Positions 29,513-38,742 of a DNA stretch of 59,841 nt are shown piece after piece. The DNA lies in the NCBI GenBank assembly GCA_031273325.1, contig JAISSB010000028.1:1-59841 (forward strand), read 5' to 3'. The notes below the pieces were generated by a model that worked only from the letters and a program-made list of their open reading frames with translations, was not told the origin of the DNA and did not search any database. A program made the translations under genes and the position numbers. This DNA is from Treponema sp. GTDB lineage: Bacteria; Spirochaetota; Spirochaetia; Treponematales; Breznakiellaceae. Positions within the stretch are counted from its first letter, which is position 1. Each line of letters opens with the position of its first letter.

Positions 29513-29526
29513 CCCCCCCCCCCCCC
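29513..29526 (+). repeat. C14 homopolymer tract
   Basis: 14 consecutive C in AT-rich DNA downstream of the promoter. Confidence 0.9.
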
Positions 29527-29643
29527 GGCACTTTACTCCCTTTAATAACTTTCAATCTTTATTTTTTTTATATACCCGAATTTTTACTCAGTGCTTTATG
29601 CCTGTACAGGCATTCTATGAAAAACCATAAGGGAGGTACATCT

Positions 29644-29727
29644 ATGGCAAACAGTGTGCATTGGCTTCCCGGCAGCAGTAGGGAAGGACAACTTCAATGG
29701 GGACAGACCCCCACGGGGACAGACCTT
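29644..29727 (+). pseudogene. 5' remnant (MANSVHWLPGSSREGQL) resembling the N-terminus of the 38743-39411 protein, cut at two motif copies
   Basis: GGGAGG RBS; similarity to AHSDWIPTREQ; runs into GGGGACAGACC at ~29700 and ~29716. Confidence 0.5.
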
Positions 29728-29823
29728 GGATTAACGTGCGGGTAAGAACCGCATGTTGATAAAGCCTGAGTGAAATCTTTTAACACTCAGCAAAAGTAAT
29801 TTTTTTACCTGAAGGAGGGTAGT

Positions 29824-30530
29824 ATGACGAGAAAGAGATTTTTAACGTCAATGATCGGATTAATGGTGTGTATCATGGTGGGTTGCCTAGGTATCACGCC
29901 GGTATCCACGCCGGCAAACGGAACCGCGCCGGTGTAAACGGCGCAGGCGAGAACACCGGGCTTGACAACGGCGCAGAGCGGAAACAACGCCGGGTCTACA
30001 ACGGCAGCGCCCGCCCAACCGGCAACCAACGGCAAGGTCTACAATATCGGTGACACCGGTCCCGCCGGAGGCATTGTTTTCTATGACAAGGGCAGGGTAA
30101 CTGATGGCTGGCGTTACTTGGAGGCAGCCCCGAAGGAAAGCGACTTACCGCCGAGTGGGGGGCGTATATGAAGACAGTAGGTGGGACTAATACCGATGTT
30201 GGGGCAGGGAAAAGGAACACGGAATTAATCCTAGAGTATCTCAACAGTACAACAGAGACCGGCAGGGCGGCGCAGTTCTGCGATGAACAATTTGCGGGAG
30301 AATTCGACGACTGGTTTTTGCCCAGTAAAGACGAATTGAATTTGATGTATCAAGACCTCAAGGCAAAGGACTTGGGCGGTTTTGGAAGCGGTTGGTACTG
30401 GTCTTCGTCGGAGTACAGTAGCCGTAGCGTCTGGGTTCAGCAGTTCAGTAATGGCGTCCAGAGCAGTGACTATTCATTTAATAGTAACAAGCCTAATACC
30501 TACTCGGTTCGTGCCATACGGCAGTTTTAG
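29824..30530 (+). pseudogene. DUF1566/Lcl-type domain lipoprotein pseudogene
   Basis: Signal peptide with MVGC lipobox, in-frame TAA at 29935-29937, frameshift near 30145; YNIGDTGPAGGIVFYD, WFLPSKDELNLMY, YWSSSE, VRAIRQF. Confidence 0.8.
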
Positions 30531-30568
30531 GGCGAACCGCATTCCGTAGATATCGGTGGCAACGTCAA

Positions 30569-30624
30569 GGGGACAGACCTTGTCGCCTGTTTTTGTCATT
30601 AATGTGTCCGCATAGCGGACAGAA
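30569..30624 (+). repeat. 56-bp direct repeat (copy 1) starting with GGGGACAGACC
   Basis: Matches 31171-31226 with five transitions. Confidence 0.85.
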
Positions 30625-30641
30625 ATAGTATGGAGGATTGT

Positions 30642-30992
30642 ATGAGTAAGAAATTTTTAACGGCAATGCTCGGCATAGGGCTGGCATTGGGAATGACGGT
30701 GATCGGATGTGACACGGGCGGAAGTGGTGGTGACGGAAAGTCTGTTCCATTATGGGCTCAGGGAACATGGTATGGTGCTGCCAGCGGTCCCAGAAACAAG
30801 ATACTTGAAATAACATCTTCTTACTACTCCACATATGGAGGTGATATACTCTCACCAATTAGATATGAGCTTACCAGTGTCAACGGAGATACTGTAACCT
30901 TTGTCGGTATGCAAGTTAAAAAACGCAATTCACCTACCGAAATAGATTATGGTGTGAATGGAGTAGGAGCATGGATAATACTTTATAAATAA
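30642..30992 (+). CDS. Small lipoprotein
   Basis: MSKKFLTAMLGIGLALGMTVIGC spirochaetal lipobox; GGAGG RBS. Confidence 0.8.
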   Translation: MSKKFLTAMLGIGLALGMTVIGCDTGGSGGDGKSVPLWAQGTWYGAASGPRNKILEITSSYYSTYGGDILSPIRYELTSVNGDTVTFVGMQVKKRNSPTEIDYGVNGVGAWIILYK

Positions 30993-31036
30993 CACCGTTC
31001 ATCATGCCAATCGTTGTAATTGGGACAGGCACTCCG

Positions 31037-31119
31037 TCAATTGGAGAAGCGAAAACCATCGTTCCAGCCGGTGTAGCTAGGTACAATCCACTTGGCTTGT
31101 CCCAGGGGTAGTTGAAAAA
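31037..31119 (+). other. attC-like element (copy 2)
   Basis: GTTCCAGCCGGTGTAG..CAATCC..GGCTTGTCCCAGGGGTAGTTGAAAA. Confidence 0.5.
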
Positions 31120-31145
31120 TAATGTTGTTCTACTTGTAGGTGAAC

Positions 31146-31263
31146 GGTCTGTCCCCTTGACCTTGATAAGGGGGACAGACCTTGCCGCCTGTTTTTGTCA
31201 TTAACGTGTCCACATGGCGGATAGAAGAAAAGGGGACAGACTTCAACAGCAGGGTCTGTCCCC
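31146..31263. repeat. Two inverted motif pairs (hairpins) overlapping 56-bp direct repeat copy 2
   Basis: GGTCTGTCCCC..GGGGACAGACC (31146-31181) and GGGGACAGAC..GTCTGTCCCC (~31232-31263). Confidence 0.85.
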
Positions 31264-31404
31264 TTTTAAGCTTTTAACTGTCTTTTTTTGAACTTTGTTG
31301 AACAGGACTTAAGGGGAATCAGAAAACAGAAAAAGAATGAAAACCAAAACCCGGCTTAGATCCCCGAAGATTTATGTTACTGTTGAATTTTTTAAACGTA
31401 TTAA

Positions 31405-32913
31405 TTAAGAATACACAAGAAGCTTCCCGGTAGAATATTTCCGCTCTATTCTCCAAAAAACTTTCCCTACTTTTTTAGCAAAGACGGTGTTATGGGTAAC
31501 AATAACAGCAGCTCCTTCAAATTCGTTCAGTGCGTCAGCAAGGGCATCGGTAGAAACGGTGTCAAGATGATTTGTCGGCTCGTCAAGGAGTATAAGAGAA
31601 GCGCCTTGTACGAGTGCGTCTGCAAAATAGAGTTTTCGAGCTTCTCCGTGACTCAAATTTTGAGTGCTGAGCAACGCTGAAGGTTCACTTCCAAGCCGAT
31701 AGATGATTGACAGTATCACTCCTTTTTCTTTCTCGTTCAGAGCGTGAAACTTTTCTAAAGCTTTTTGACGGTCATGATCACTTAATTCTTGAGGCAGATA
31801 CCACAGAGAAAGATCATGGTTGTTAATGGTGTGTACGATATACGCTAATATCGATGTTTTACCGCTTCCATTATCGCCGGTAATGACGATACGAGAATCA
31901 TTTCTTATCTCTAATGCCGAGTGAGAAAGTGTATACGTACCTTGTGCAAGGTTTAAATCTCCATCAGATGCATAGAATAATACCGGCCGTTCACTTTTTT
32001 TACCGTTCAATCCGGCACCGGTTTTACGAAGCCCGGTTACTTCTATCGTTTTTAATGCTGATTCTCTTTGTGCTGCCGCTGTTTCAAGCGACCTCACTTT
32101 TTTCCCGCCGGTTTTGTCACGTCCTGATAATCGAGCAAGGTTTATCTTTGCTCTTGTATCAGAATCATGAATATCAATATTTTTCTTCGACATCCGTGTA
32201 GCTTTGTCTCGCAGCGCTTCATATATTGCTTCTTTTTTTTGTCTTTCTATCTTTTTTAATGCAGTTGCCATGAGCTGTTTTCTCTCTCGCTGTCCTTCCT
32301 GTTCTTTTTCAAATTCATTGATCGCGTTGAGTGGCGGAGTTGAGAAAACAAGCGCGCGGGAACCACTATCTTGTTCTGGAATGAGCAGTACTGTTGATTG
32401 TGCAATACTGTTTAAAAAATCCATGTTATGAGACACGATAATGCCGGTACCGGTGAATGTTCTGAGCGCATTGCTCAACAACTTCACAGTTAATGCGTCA
32501 ATGTGGTTTGCCGGTTCGTCTAAAATAAGAACGTCTGGTTTACGGCTTAATGTGTCTGCAATGATACACCGTTTTTTTTCTCCTCCTGATAAAGTGTCCC
32601 ACCGATCGATCCAGTCGTCACCGATTTCAAGTCTTGAAAGTAATGAAAAAAAGGTGCTGGTATTCAATAGTTCAGGGTCGGAAAAACAAGGGGGTACCTG
32701 TTCGCTCGATTGGGGACATACGACAATCGTCCCACTCGAAACAATGCTGCCGCTGTGAGGAACAAGGAGACCGCTTATGATTTTAATGAGCGTTGATTTT
32801 CCTGTTCCATTTGCTCCCATGAGAGCTGTCCACTGCTCGCCAAAAGAAAGAGAGAGTCCTTTGAACACCGGACGTGAATCATAAGAAAAAGACACATTTG
32901 TTATGGTTAGCAC
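31405..32913 (-). CDS. ABC-F family ATP-binding protein (two ABC domains, no membrane segments)
   Basis: GANGTGKS/LSGGE/LDEPANH and GDNGSGKT/LSHGE/LDEPTNH with a charged linker. Confidence 0.88.
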   Translation of the reverse strand: MLTITNVSFSYDSRPVFKGLSLSFGEQWTALMGANGTGKSTLIKIISGLLVPHSGSIVSSGTIVVCPQSSEQVPPCFSDPELLNTSTFFSLLSRLEIGDDWIDRWDTLSGGEKKRCIIADTLSRKPDVLILDEPANHIDALTVKLLSNALRTFTGTGIIVSHNMDFLNSIAQSTVLLIPEQDSGSRALVFSTPPLNAINEFEKEQEGQRERKQLMATALKKIERQKKEAIYEALRDKATRMSKKNIDIHDSDTRAKINLARLSGRDKTGGKKVRSLETAAAQRESALKTIEVTGLRKTGAGLNGKKSERPVLFYASDGDLNLAQGTYTLSHSALEIRNDSRIVITGDNGSGKTSILAYIVHTINNHDLSLWYLPQELSDHDRQKALEKFHALNEKEKGVILSIIYRLGSEPSALLSTQNLSHGEARKLYFADALVQGASLILLDEPTNHLDTVSTDALADALNEFEGAAVIVTHNTVFAKKVGKVFWRIERKYSTGKLLVYS

Positions 32914-32962
32914 ATCGACACTCCAGATTTAAGCATTAAGATATTCTTTTTAACATACTATA

Positions 32963-33004
32963 TTTTTTCAATTACCGCTGGGACAAGCCCAGAGGTAGTT
33001 GAAT
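32963..33004 (-). other. Short attC-like hairpin (copy 3) between two co-oriented genes
   Basis: Minus strand TTCAACTACCTCTGGGCTTGTCCCAGCGGTAATTGAAAA; 3' half matches copy 2. Confidence 0.5.
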
Positions 33005-33019
33005 GGTAATTGGTACCCT

Positions 33020-33403
33020 TCATCGATTTATCATGAATACGGCTCGGCGTTCCAATTCTTCTGTCGCTGTAACAATCCAATCCACAACGGAATCAGATAA
33101 GACTGTTATAGTACAGGCAACCCAAAATCCATCTTCATCTTTAACAATAGAAACATCGCTACATTTTTGGCCGGTAAAGCAATTATGAAGTTCGACTTTG
33201 AGATTATCACGTAAAGTCGTGCTTATAGCATCACCAATCCAGAAACCAACAAATGGTCCCCCTTCATCCCCCCTCGTGTTTTCCTTTTGGAAAAAAAGTG
33301 AAATATCGGGAATCAGCTCTTTCCACATCATCGCACCATCCCTATCTTTTTCAAAATCGAGTTTCGTTTTCAACGCGCTGAGAATCTTACCACTAACAGA
33401 CAT
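33020..33403 (-). CDS. Hypothetical protein
   Basis: 127-aa ORF with AGGAGG RBS. Confidence 0.65.
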   Translation of the reverse strand: MSVSGKILSALKTKLDFEKDRDGAMMWKELIPDISLFFQKENTRGDEGGPFVGFWIGDAISTTLRDNLKVELHNCFTGQKCSDVSIVKDEDGFWVACTITVLSDSVVDWIVTATEELERRAVFMINR

Positions 33404-33584
33404 ATACTATCCTCCTATCAATGAAAATTGTGAGATCTTATTGCACTGATCTCTTGGCATTTATTGTATGTTTTGCGTTCTAGTACGTCAATGTTTTTTG
33501 CGGATTTCGTGATGACCAATGTTTCCGTTCAAAATCCAAAATTCGGCGGAGAATCACATTTCAGCTTATCGGGAAACTGTCATT

Positions 33585-33652
33585 GAGGTCTGTCACCCTT
33601 CGAATCTGCTGGGACCCCGAAAGGAGATAGACTCTAAAGGGGGACAGACCTT
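33585..33652. repeat. Inverted motif pair
   Basis: AGGTCTGTCACCCTT ... AAGGGGGACAGACCT. Confidence 0.75.
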
Positions 33653-33818
33653 TAAATCTCGCAGCTAAGAATCATGCTGGAATTTCGTCCTATATGAAGA
33701 GCCGTGAGCTTTCTTTTTTCCGTAAAGCTGGAAATCGGGAGGTTTTGCACAGGAAAGAGCATAGTTGACTTTTATCCACAACACTCATACAATTACGTAC
33801 GCTTGTGAGGAGGTTCTA

Positions 33819-34070
33819 GTGAGTACACGCATAAGACTGAAACGATTTGGAACAAAAAAGCGTCCTTATTATCGTATAGTTGTTATGGATAGCCGTGCGC
33901 CGCGTGACGGAAAAACAATAGACGAAGTAGGATATTATCATCCAATAGAATCAGAAGAGAAGCAGATATTGCTTGATACTGATAAAGTTAAAGCATGGCT
34001 CAATAAAGGCGCCATTCCTAGTGATACGGTGCATCATATATTAAACAAAAAAGCTATTACAATAAGGTAA
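33819..34070 (+). CDS. rpsP: 30S ribosomal protein S16
   Basis: IRLKRFGTKKRPYYRIVVMDSRAPRDG; GTG start behind GAGGAGG. Confidence 0.97.
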   Translation: MSTRIRLKRFGTKKRPYYRIVVMDSRAPRDGKTIDEVGYYHPIESEEKQILLDTDKVKAWLNKGAIPSDTVHHILNKKAITIR

Positions 34071-34074
34071 AAGT

Positions 34075-34308
34075 ATGGAAAAAGATCTGGTTGAATATAT
34101 CGCCAAATATCTTGTTGATGATCCTTCGCAGGTGCGTGTTAACCTTGTTGAAGGAGAAAAATCAACTATATTAGAACTTGCGGTTGCATCTACTGACTTA
34201 GGTAAGGTGATTGGAAAACATGGTCGTATTGCCAAAGCGATTCGCACTATACTACAGTCAGCTGCTGCAAAAGGTAGTAAACGTGTTACGCTGGAGATTC
34301 TTGACTAA
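34075..34308 (+). CDS. khpA: KH domain RNA-binding protein
   Basis: DLGKVIGKHGRIAKAIRT; conserved position between rpsP and rimM. Confidence 0.9.
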   Translation: MEKDLVEYIAKYLVDDPSQVRVNLVEGEKSTILELAVASTDLGKVIGKHGRIAKAIRTILQSAAAKGSKRVTLEILD

Positions 34309-34314
34309 CGCTCA

Positions 34315-34821
34315 ATGACCACACGGTTTGTGACAGCGATTGTTGGTTCTCCCTTCGGTCTGGAAGGCTTTGTAAAAGTACGGAGCCTTTCGGGAGAAGT
34401 TGAGCATTTTCAGCGTCTCCAATCGGTAATCGTACGGTATAACGGTACTGAGCATGAATATTTCATTGAAAAGTGTGTACTCCTCGGTGCAACTGTCACT
34501 TTAAAATTTGTGGGAATTGACAGCCCTGAACAACTTAAAGCTATCAGTGGAGGAGAAATTCTTGTCGATCGAGACCATGCTGCACCGTTGGGTGACGGAG
34601 AATGGTACATCAATGATCTTATTGACTTAAAGATTTTAAATCAGGACGGTACTGTGTACGGCACTGTGTATGCATGTATGGACGGCGGCGGCGGAACACT
34701 GTTGGAACTCAGTTTGACGGACGGGTCAAAGCGGTTTGTACCATTTCGGAATGAGTTTATTGGAACTATAGATCTTGAAAAAAAAACAGCAATTCTTTTA
34801 GTACCTGAGGTACTCGTATGA
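34315..34821 (+). CDS. rimM: Ribosome maturation factor RimM
   Basis: PFGLEGFVKV, GEWYINDLI, VPF..EFI; operon context. Confidence 0.92.
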   Translation: MTTRFVTAIVGSPFGLEGFVKVRSLSGEVEHFQRLQSVIVRYNGTEHEYFIEKCVLLGATVTLKFVGIDSPEQLKAISGGEILVDRDHAAPLGDGEWYINDLIDLKILNQDGTVYGTVYACMDGGGGTLLELSLTDGSKRFVPFRNEFIGTIDLEKKTAILLVPEVLV

Positions 34822-35564
34822 AATACACAGTACTTTCTCTTTTTCCGAAACTTATCGATTCCTTTTTTAGCCTTTCGATCCCTGCAAAAGCAGTAACAAG
34901 AGGTATTATTGAGTACCAATGTGTTAACATTCGGGATTTTGCACTCGATAAACATAAAGTGTGCGACGACGCTCCTTTTGGTGGAGGAGCTGGTATGCTT
35001 ATGAAAAGTGAACCGTTGGGGCGGGCGTTGGAATCAGTAAACGTTTTCGGAAAGGGAGGAACAAAAACAGTTGTGTATCTTTCTCCTGCCGGAAAGGTAT
35101 TCAATCAAACGATTGCAGCAGAATTAGCACAAAAAAAAGAGCTCGTATTAATTTGCGGTCACTATGAAGGTATTGATCAGCGAATTATTGATGTATTTGT
35201 TGATCAAGAGTTATCAATAGGAGATTATGTACTCTCTTCAGGAGAGACAGCAGCTTTGGTAGTGATTGATGCAACGTTTCGGCTTGTTGAAACGGTGATT
35301 AAATCTGAGTCTCTCTGTGAAGAAAGTTTTCAGAATGGACTGTTGGAGTATCCGCAGTACACACGACCGGAATTCTATAAAAGTAGAGCAGTACCACAAG
35401 TGTTAATGTCCGGACACCATGAACACATTCGAACATGGAGACTCAAAAAACGTGTAGAGAAAACATTGACGGTGCGGCCGGATCTCATTGAACGAGGTAC
35501 ATTTGATGGAGAAGTACAAACATTCATAAAGGAGATAAAAAATGAACGAAATAAAAACGATTGA
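34818..35564 (+). CDS. trmD: tRNA (guanine37-N1)-methyltransferase
   Basis: [42 protein letters not shown]. Confidence 0.97.
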   Translation: MKYTVLSLFPKLIDSFFSLSIPAKAVTRGIIEYQCVNIRDFALDKHKVCDDAPFGGGAGMLMKSEPLGRALESVNVFGKGGTKTVVYLSPAGKVFNQTIAAELAQKKELVLICGHYEGIDQRIIDVFVDQELSIGDYVLSSGETAALVVIDATFRLVETVIKSESLCEESFQNGLLEYPQYTRPEFYKSRAVPQVLMSGHHEHIRTWRLKKRVEKTLTVRPDLIERGTFDGEVQTFIKEIKNERNKND

Positions 35565-35895
35565 ACAGAGACAACTAAAGCAAACAGTATATCCGTTTAA
35601 AGTTGGTGATACCGTAAAAGTGCATTTTAGAATTGTTGAGGGAGTAGAACGTATTCAAATATACGAAGGGTTAGTTATTGCAATAAAGCACGGTGGTATA
35701 CATCAAACCTTTACCGTGCGGAAAAACTCCTACGGTGTCGGAGTGGAGCGCATTTTTCCCGTCCATTCCCCACGGGTTGCTAAAATTGAAGTAACGCGTC
35801 CCGGTAAGGTTCGACGGGCAAAACTATACTATATTCGTTCTAAAGTTGGTAAAGCTGCAAAAATCAAAGAACTTATCGTAAGAAAAATAAAATAA
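35542..35895 (+). CDS. rplS: 50S ribosomal protein L19
   Basis: [34 protein letters not shown]. Confidence 0.97.
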   Translation: MNEIKTIEQRQLKQTVYPFKVGDTVKVHFRIVEGVERIQIYEGLVIAIKHGGIHQTFTVRKNSYGVGVERIFPVHSPRVAKIEVTRPGKVRRAKLYYIRSKVGKAAKIKELIVRKIK

Positions 35896-35913
35896 GCTTT
35901 TTAAAGCAAGCTG

Positions 35914-37323
35914 TTACTGTAAAGGATACTGATTTTTATAGTTAACAATATCCACTGTATAGCCTTTTTCGCTTAAATATTGTTTAAAAGTGTTTTGTGC
36001 TTTTTGTTCTCCGTGTACCAGAAAGATTTTTTTAAGCTGTGACGTATCAAGGGCATCAAGCCATGCTCCTGTTTCTGCATAGTCTGCATGAGCGCTGAAT
36101 GCGTTAATTTCTTCAACTTCGGCGCGGCGGGTGAACCACTGTCCAAAAATCTTTACTTCTTTTTCTTTGTTGCGGATCCGGCGCCCTAAAGTATTTTCTG
36201 CCATATATCCAACGGTTAAAATAGTGGTATTTGGATCGCCAATATTATTTATCAAATGGTGCTGAATACGTCCTGCTTCACACATACCGTCAGCGGAAAT
36301 AATAATGAGCGGCCCCGGATGTTCATTGAGGGCTTTTGATTCTGCAACACTGGTAGTAAAATGCAACGCGTTAAACCCAAAAGGATTTTTATGGTGCGTT
36401 ACAAACGCCGCACGGGTTTCCTCACTGTAACATTCAGGGTGTATTTGAAAAATCGTTGTTGCATTTGTTGCCATAGGAGAATCAACGTAGATAGGAATTT
36501 CAGGAATAATATTTCTATCGAGAAGCAGGTGAAAATAATACACTAACTCTTGGGTCCGCTCAATGGCAAATGACGGTATAAGAATTTTTCCGTTGTATTT
36601 AACGGCACGCTTGGCAATTTCAGCTAACCGTTCCATAGCAACATCGGCTTTATCATGTAATCTATCGCCGTATGTACTTTCCAGGATAATATAATCCGGT
36701 GCTGGTATAGCGGTTGTTTCGGGAGCGCGAATAATGGGTTTTATGGGCCGCCCTAAATCTCCGGAATAGAGAATCTTTACTGTTTTGTGCGGCTGTTTCA
36801 CCGTCAAAAGCGCCATTGCCGATCCAAGAATATGTCCTGCATCAAAAAATTCCACACATACCTGTTCACCAATCATACGCGGGCGGTGATAAGACATATT
36901 TAAACATTGATTTGTTGCCTGAATAGCATCGCTTTCATTAAAGAGCGGCTGCCATACAAACTTTTCTTTCCGTTTTTGAGCTTGTTTTCTTAAGAATTCA
37001 GCATCATGGGCTTGAATATTCGCAGAATCCATCATAATAAGATTTGCAATATCCCGTGTCGCAGGCGTTGCATATATATCTCCCGTGTAGCCCTGTTTTG
37101 GAAGCATGGGCAAAAGCCCACAGTGATCTAAATGCCCATGAGTCAAAATAACGGCGCTGATTGACTGCGGATCAAAACCCAGTGTGCGGTTTTTCCTATC
37201 CGATTCCGCGCGGCTCCCCTGAAATGCTCCGCAATCAAGCACATACAGTTTTCCGTCAACGTCAATAATATGTTTCGAGCCGGTTACTTCTCCCGCGGCC
37301 CCCCGTGAATAAAATTTAATCAT
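35914..37323 (-). CDS. Beta-CASP metallo-beta-lactamase fold ribonuclease
   Basis: GAAGEVTGSKH, THGHLDH, AGHILGS, SGDLG, ESTYGDR, FSAHAD, VHGE; ATG 37323 (ORF extension is repeat-derived). Confidence 0.92.
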   Translation of the reverse strand: MIKFYSRGAAGEVTGSKHIIDVDGKLYVLDCGAFQGSRAESDRKNRTLGFDPQSISAVILTHGHLDHCGLLPMLPKQGYTGDIYATPATRDIANLIMMDSANIQAHDAEFLRKQAQKRKEKFVWQPLFNESDAIQATNQCLNMSYHRPRMIGEQVCVEFFDAGHILGSAMALLTVKQPHKTVKILYSGDLGRPIKPIIRAPETTAIPAPDYIILESTYGDRLHDKADVAMERLAEIAKRAVKYNGKILIPSFAIERTQELVYYFHLLLDRNIIPEIPIYVDSPMATNATTIFQIHPECYSEETRAAFVTHHKNPFGFNALHFTTSVAESKALNEHPGPLIIISADGMCEAGRIQHHLINNIGDPNTTILTVGYMAENTLGRRIRNKEKEVKIFGQWFTRRAEVEEINAFSAHADYAETGAWLDALDTSQLKKIFLVHGEQKAQNTFKQYLSEKGYTVDIVNYKNQYPLQ

Positions 37324-37369
37324 AAAAAAGAGTGTAGCAGAGACCTTCGAAGCTGTCCACGTTCTTTCT

Positions 37370-37455
37370 GGGGGACAGACTCCCGAATAACAAGCAGGGA
37401 CAGACCCTGAATCAAATCGAAGCTGTCCACGTTCTCTCTGGGGACAGACCTCTGA
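37370..37455 (+). repeat. Three direct GGGACAGAC copies upstream of Y1 nuclease copy 2
   Basis: Copies near 37371, 37397 and 37440; TCGAAGCTGTCCACGTTCT block duplicated. Confidence 0.85.
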
Positions 37456-37500
37456 ATAAAATTTTTGAATCAAACTAGTTATACACCCCGTTAACTTGAT

Positions 37501-38016
37501 ATGGCAAGAAAAATTAGAGGAAATACCGCTCTTGGTTATACTTATCATGTCACCTTTGAAATAAACCGATGGTTAATGGAACTCCAAGATCCGTATATCA
37601 AAATGCTTTTTATACAAATTATCGCTGAAGCACACCGAAAATATGGGTTTAACCTGTGGAATTTCTGTATTATGGACAATCATATTCATTTCCTCATAAC
37701 ACCGGACAAAGACGTTAGTCTTTCCGTAATTATGAAATGGATAAAGATGGTCTTTGCTATTCGATGGAACAAGTTGCACGGAGTGCGGGGACACTTGTGG
37801 GGAGATAGATTCCACGCACGGATGATTGAAAGTAGCGAGGATTTCCTCAGAGTATTCCGGTATATCAACCAGAATCCAGTGAAAGCCGGCTTAGTGAACC
37901 ACGCGAAAGAATGGGTATTCGGCGGATTATATCATTATCTTCACAATATCGTTCATATTGTAACAACCTTCTCAGACTTACTGGTTAAAATTTTTACCGC
38001 AGATTTTTTGACTTAA
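37501..38016 (+). mobile_element. REP-associated tyrosine transposase-like HUH Y1 nuclease (copy 2)
   Basis: 17 substitutions in 170 aa versus copy 1; same ~60-bp upstream sequence and the same TAAGGGGACAGACCTCT 3' junction. Confidence 0.9.
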
Positions 38017-38060
38017 GGGGACAGACCTCTGCCCCAGAGACAGACCGTTGATCTGAAACA

Positions 38061-38327
38061 TTATGGCTCTTCTTCCCATTCATCTGGCGACAGTATGAGC
38101 ATCTGTTTTTTCAATACAATATTGTAAGGAATGATTACAAAAATATCGATTAATCTCGCATACAACAGGGGGAGAAGCGCAAACCACAGCAGATACCCAA
38201 GTGCCGATTTATCTTCAAAATTTTTAAAAATTACCATGCAATGTATGATCACCGCTATTAACGCACATGTCCATGTAATGTTTCGGTAATTCTTAAAAAA
38301 GAAACTCGATTTTGTTATTCCTTCCAA
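38061..38327 (-). pseudogene. Probable fragment of a membrane protein gene
   Basis: 88-aa hydrophobic ORF, weak TTG start, bracketed by inverted motif copies (38017 and ~38382). Confidence 0.35.
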
Positions 38328-38381
38328 TGAAGGATACTTCCTAAACGTTCAACAAAGGCGGTTCTAACCAAAACTAGCAAA

Positions 38382-38612
38382 GTCTGTCCCCAATAAAATC
38401 TAGCTGAACTTGTGAAGATACTTGTAGGAAGTTGAGTGCTGCTCGTGTGCAAGCTGCACAAACAGTGTAAACACTTGTGCTGCGTGGTTTATCGTGTTGG
38501 GAACGAAGGGTTTTTGTTCTCCGGGAAGGTTAATTTTGATAGTTCGACTGAACCCTTTACAGGGGATTTTATCCCACAGGACAAGCCGGTGGGTTTTCAT
38601 TTTTCCATAAAT
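38382..38612 (-). mobile_element. Probable IS200/IS605-family remnant: end hairpin plus 5' fragment of tnpB
   Basis: GAAAACCCAC..CCTGTGGGATAAA hairpin followed by RTIKINLP..QVF..LAHEQHSTSYKYLHK, ending at a GGGGACAGAC copy. Confidence 0.45.
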
Positions 38613-38680
38613 AGTTCAGAAACATAGAATAACATCTCCTTATGTTACAGTATGAGAGAATTTTTTGCTCTCTGTTTTAA

Positions 38681-38723
38681 GAACAACCCGCTCTGCCTAT
38701 GAACAGCGCAGGGCGGGTTGTTC
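38681..38723. terminator. Strong hairpin downstream of 38743-39411
   Basis: GAACAACCCGCTCTGC ... GCAGGGCGGGTTGTTC. Confidence 0.65.
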
Positions 38724-38742
38724 GGTTTAGGGGGACAGACCT

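Noticed and set aside
30168-30530. DGR target (variable C-terminus of the DUF1566-type gene)
   Set aside because: No template repeat differing at adenines and no reverse transcriptase in the window.
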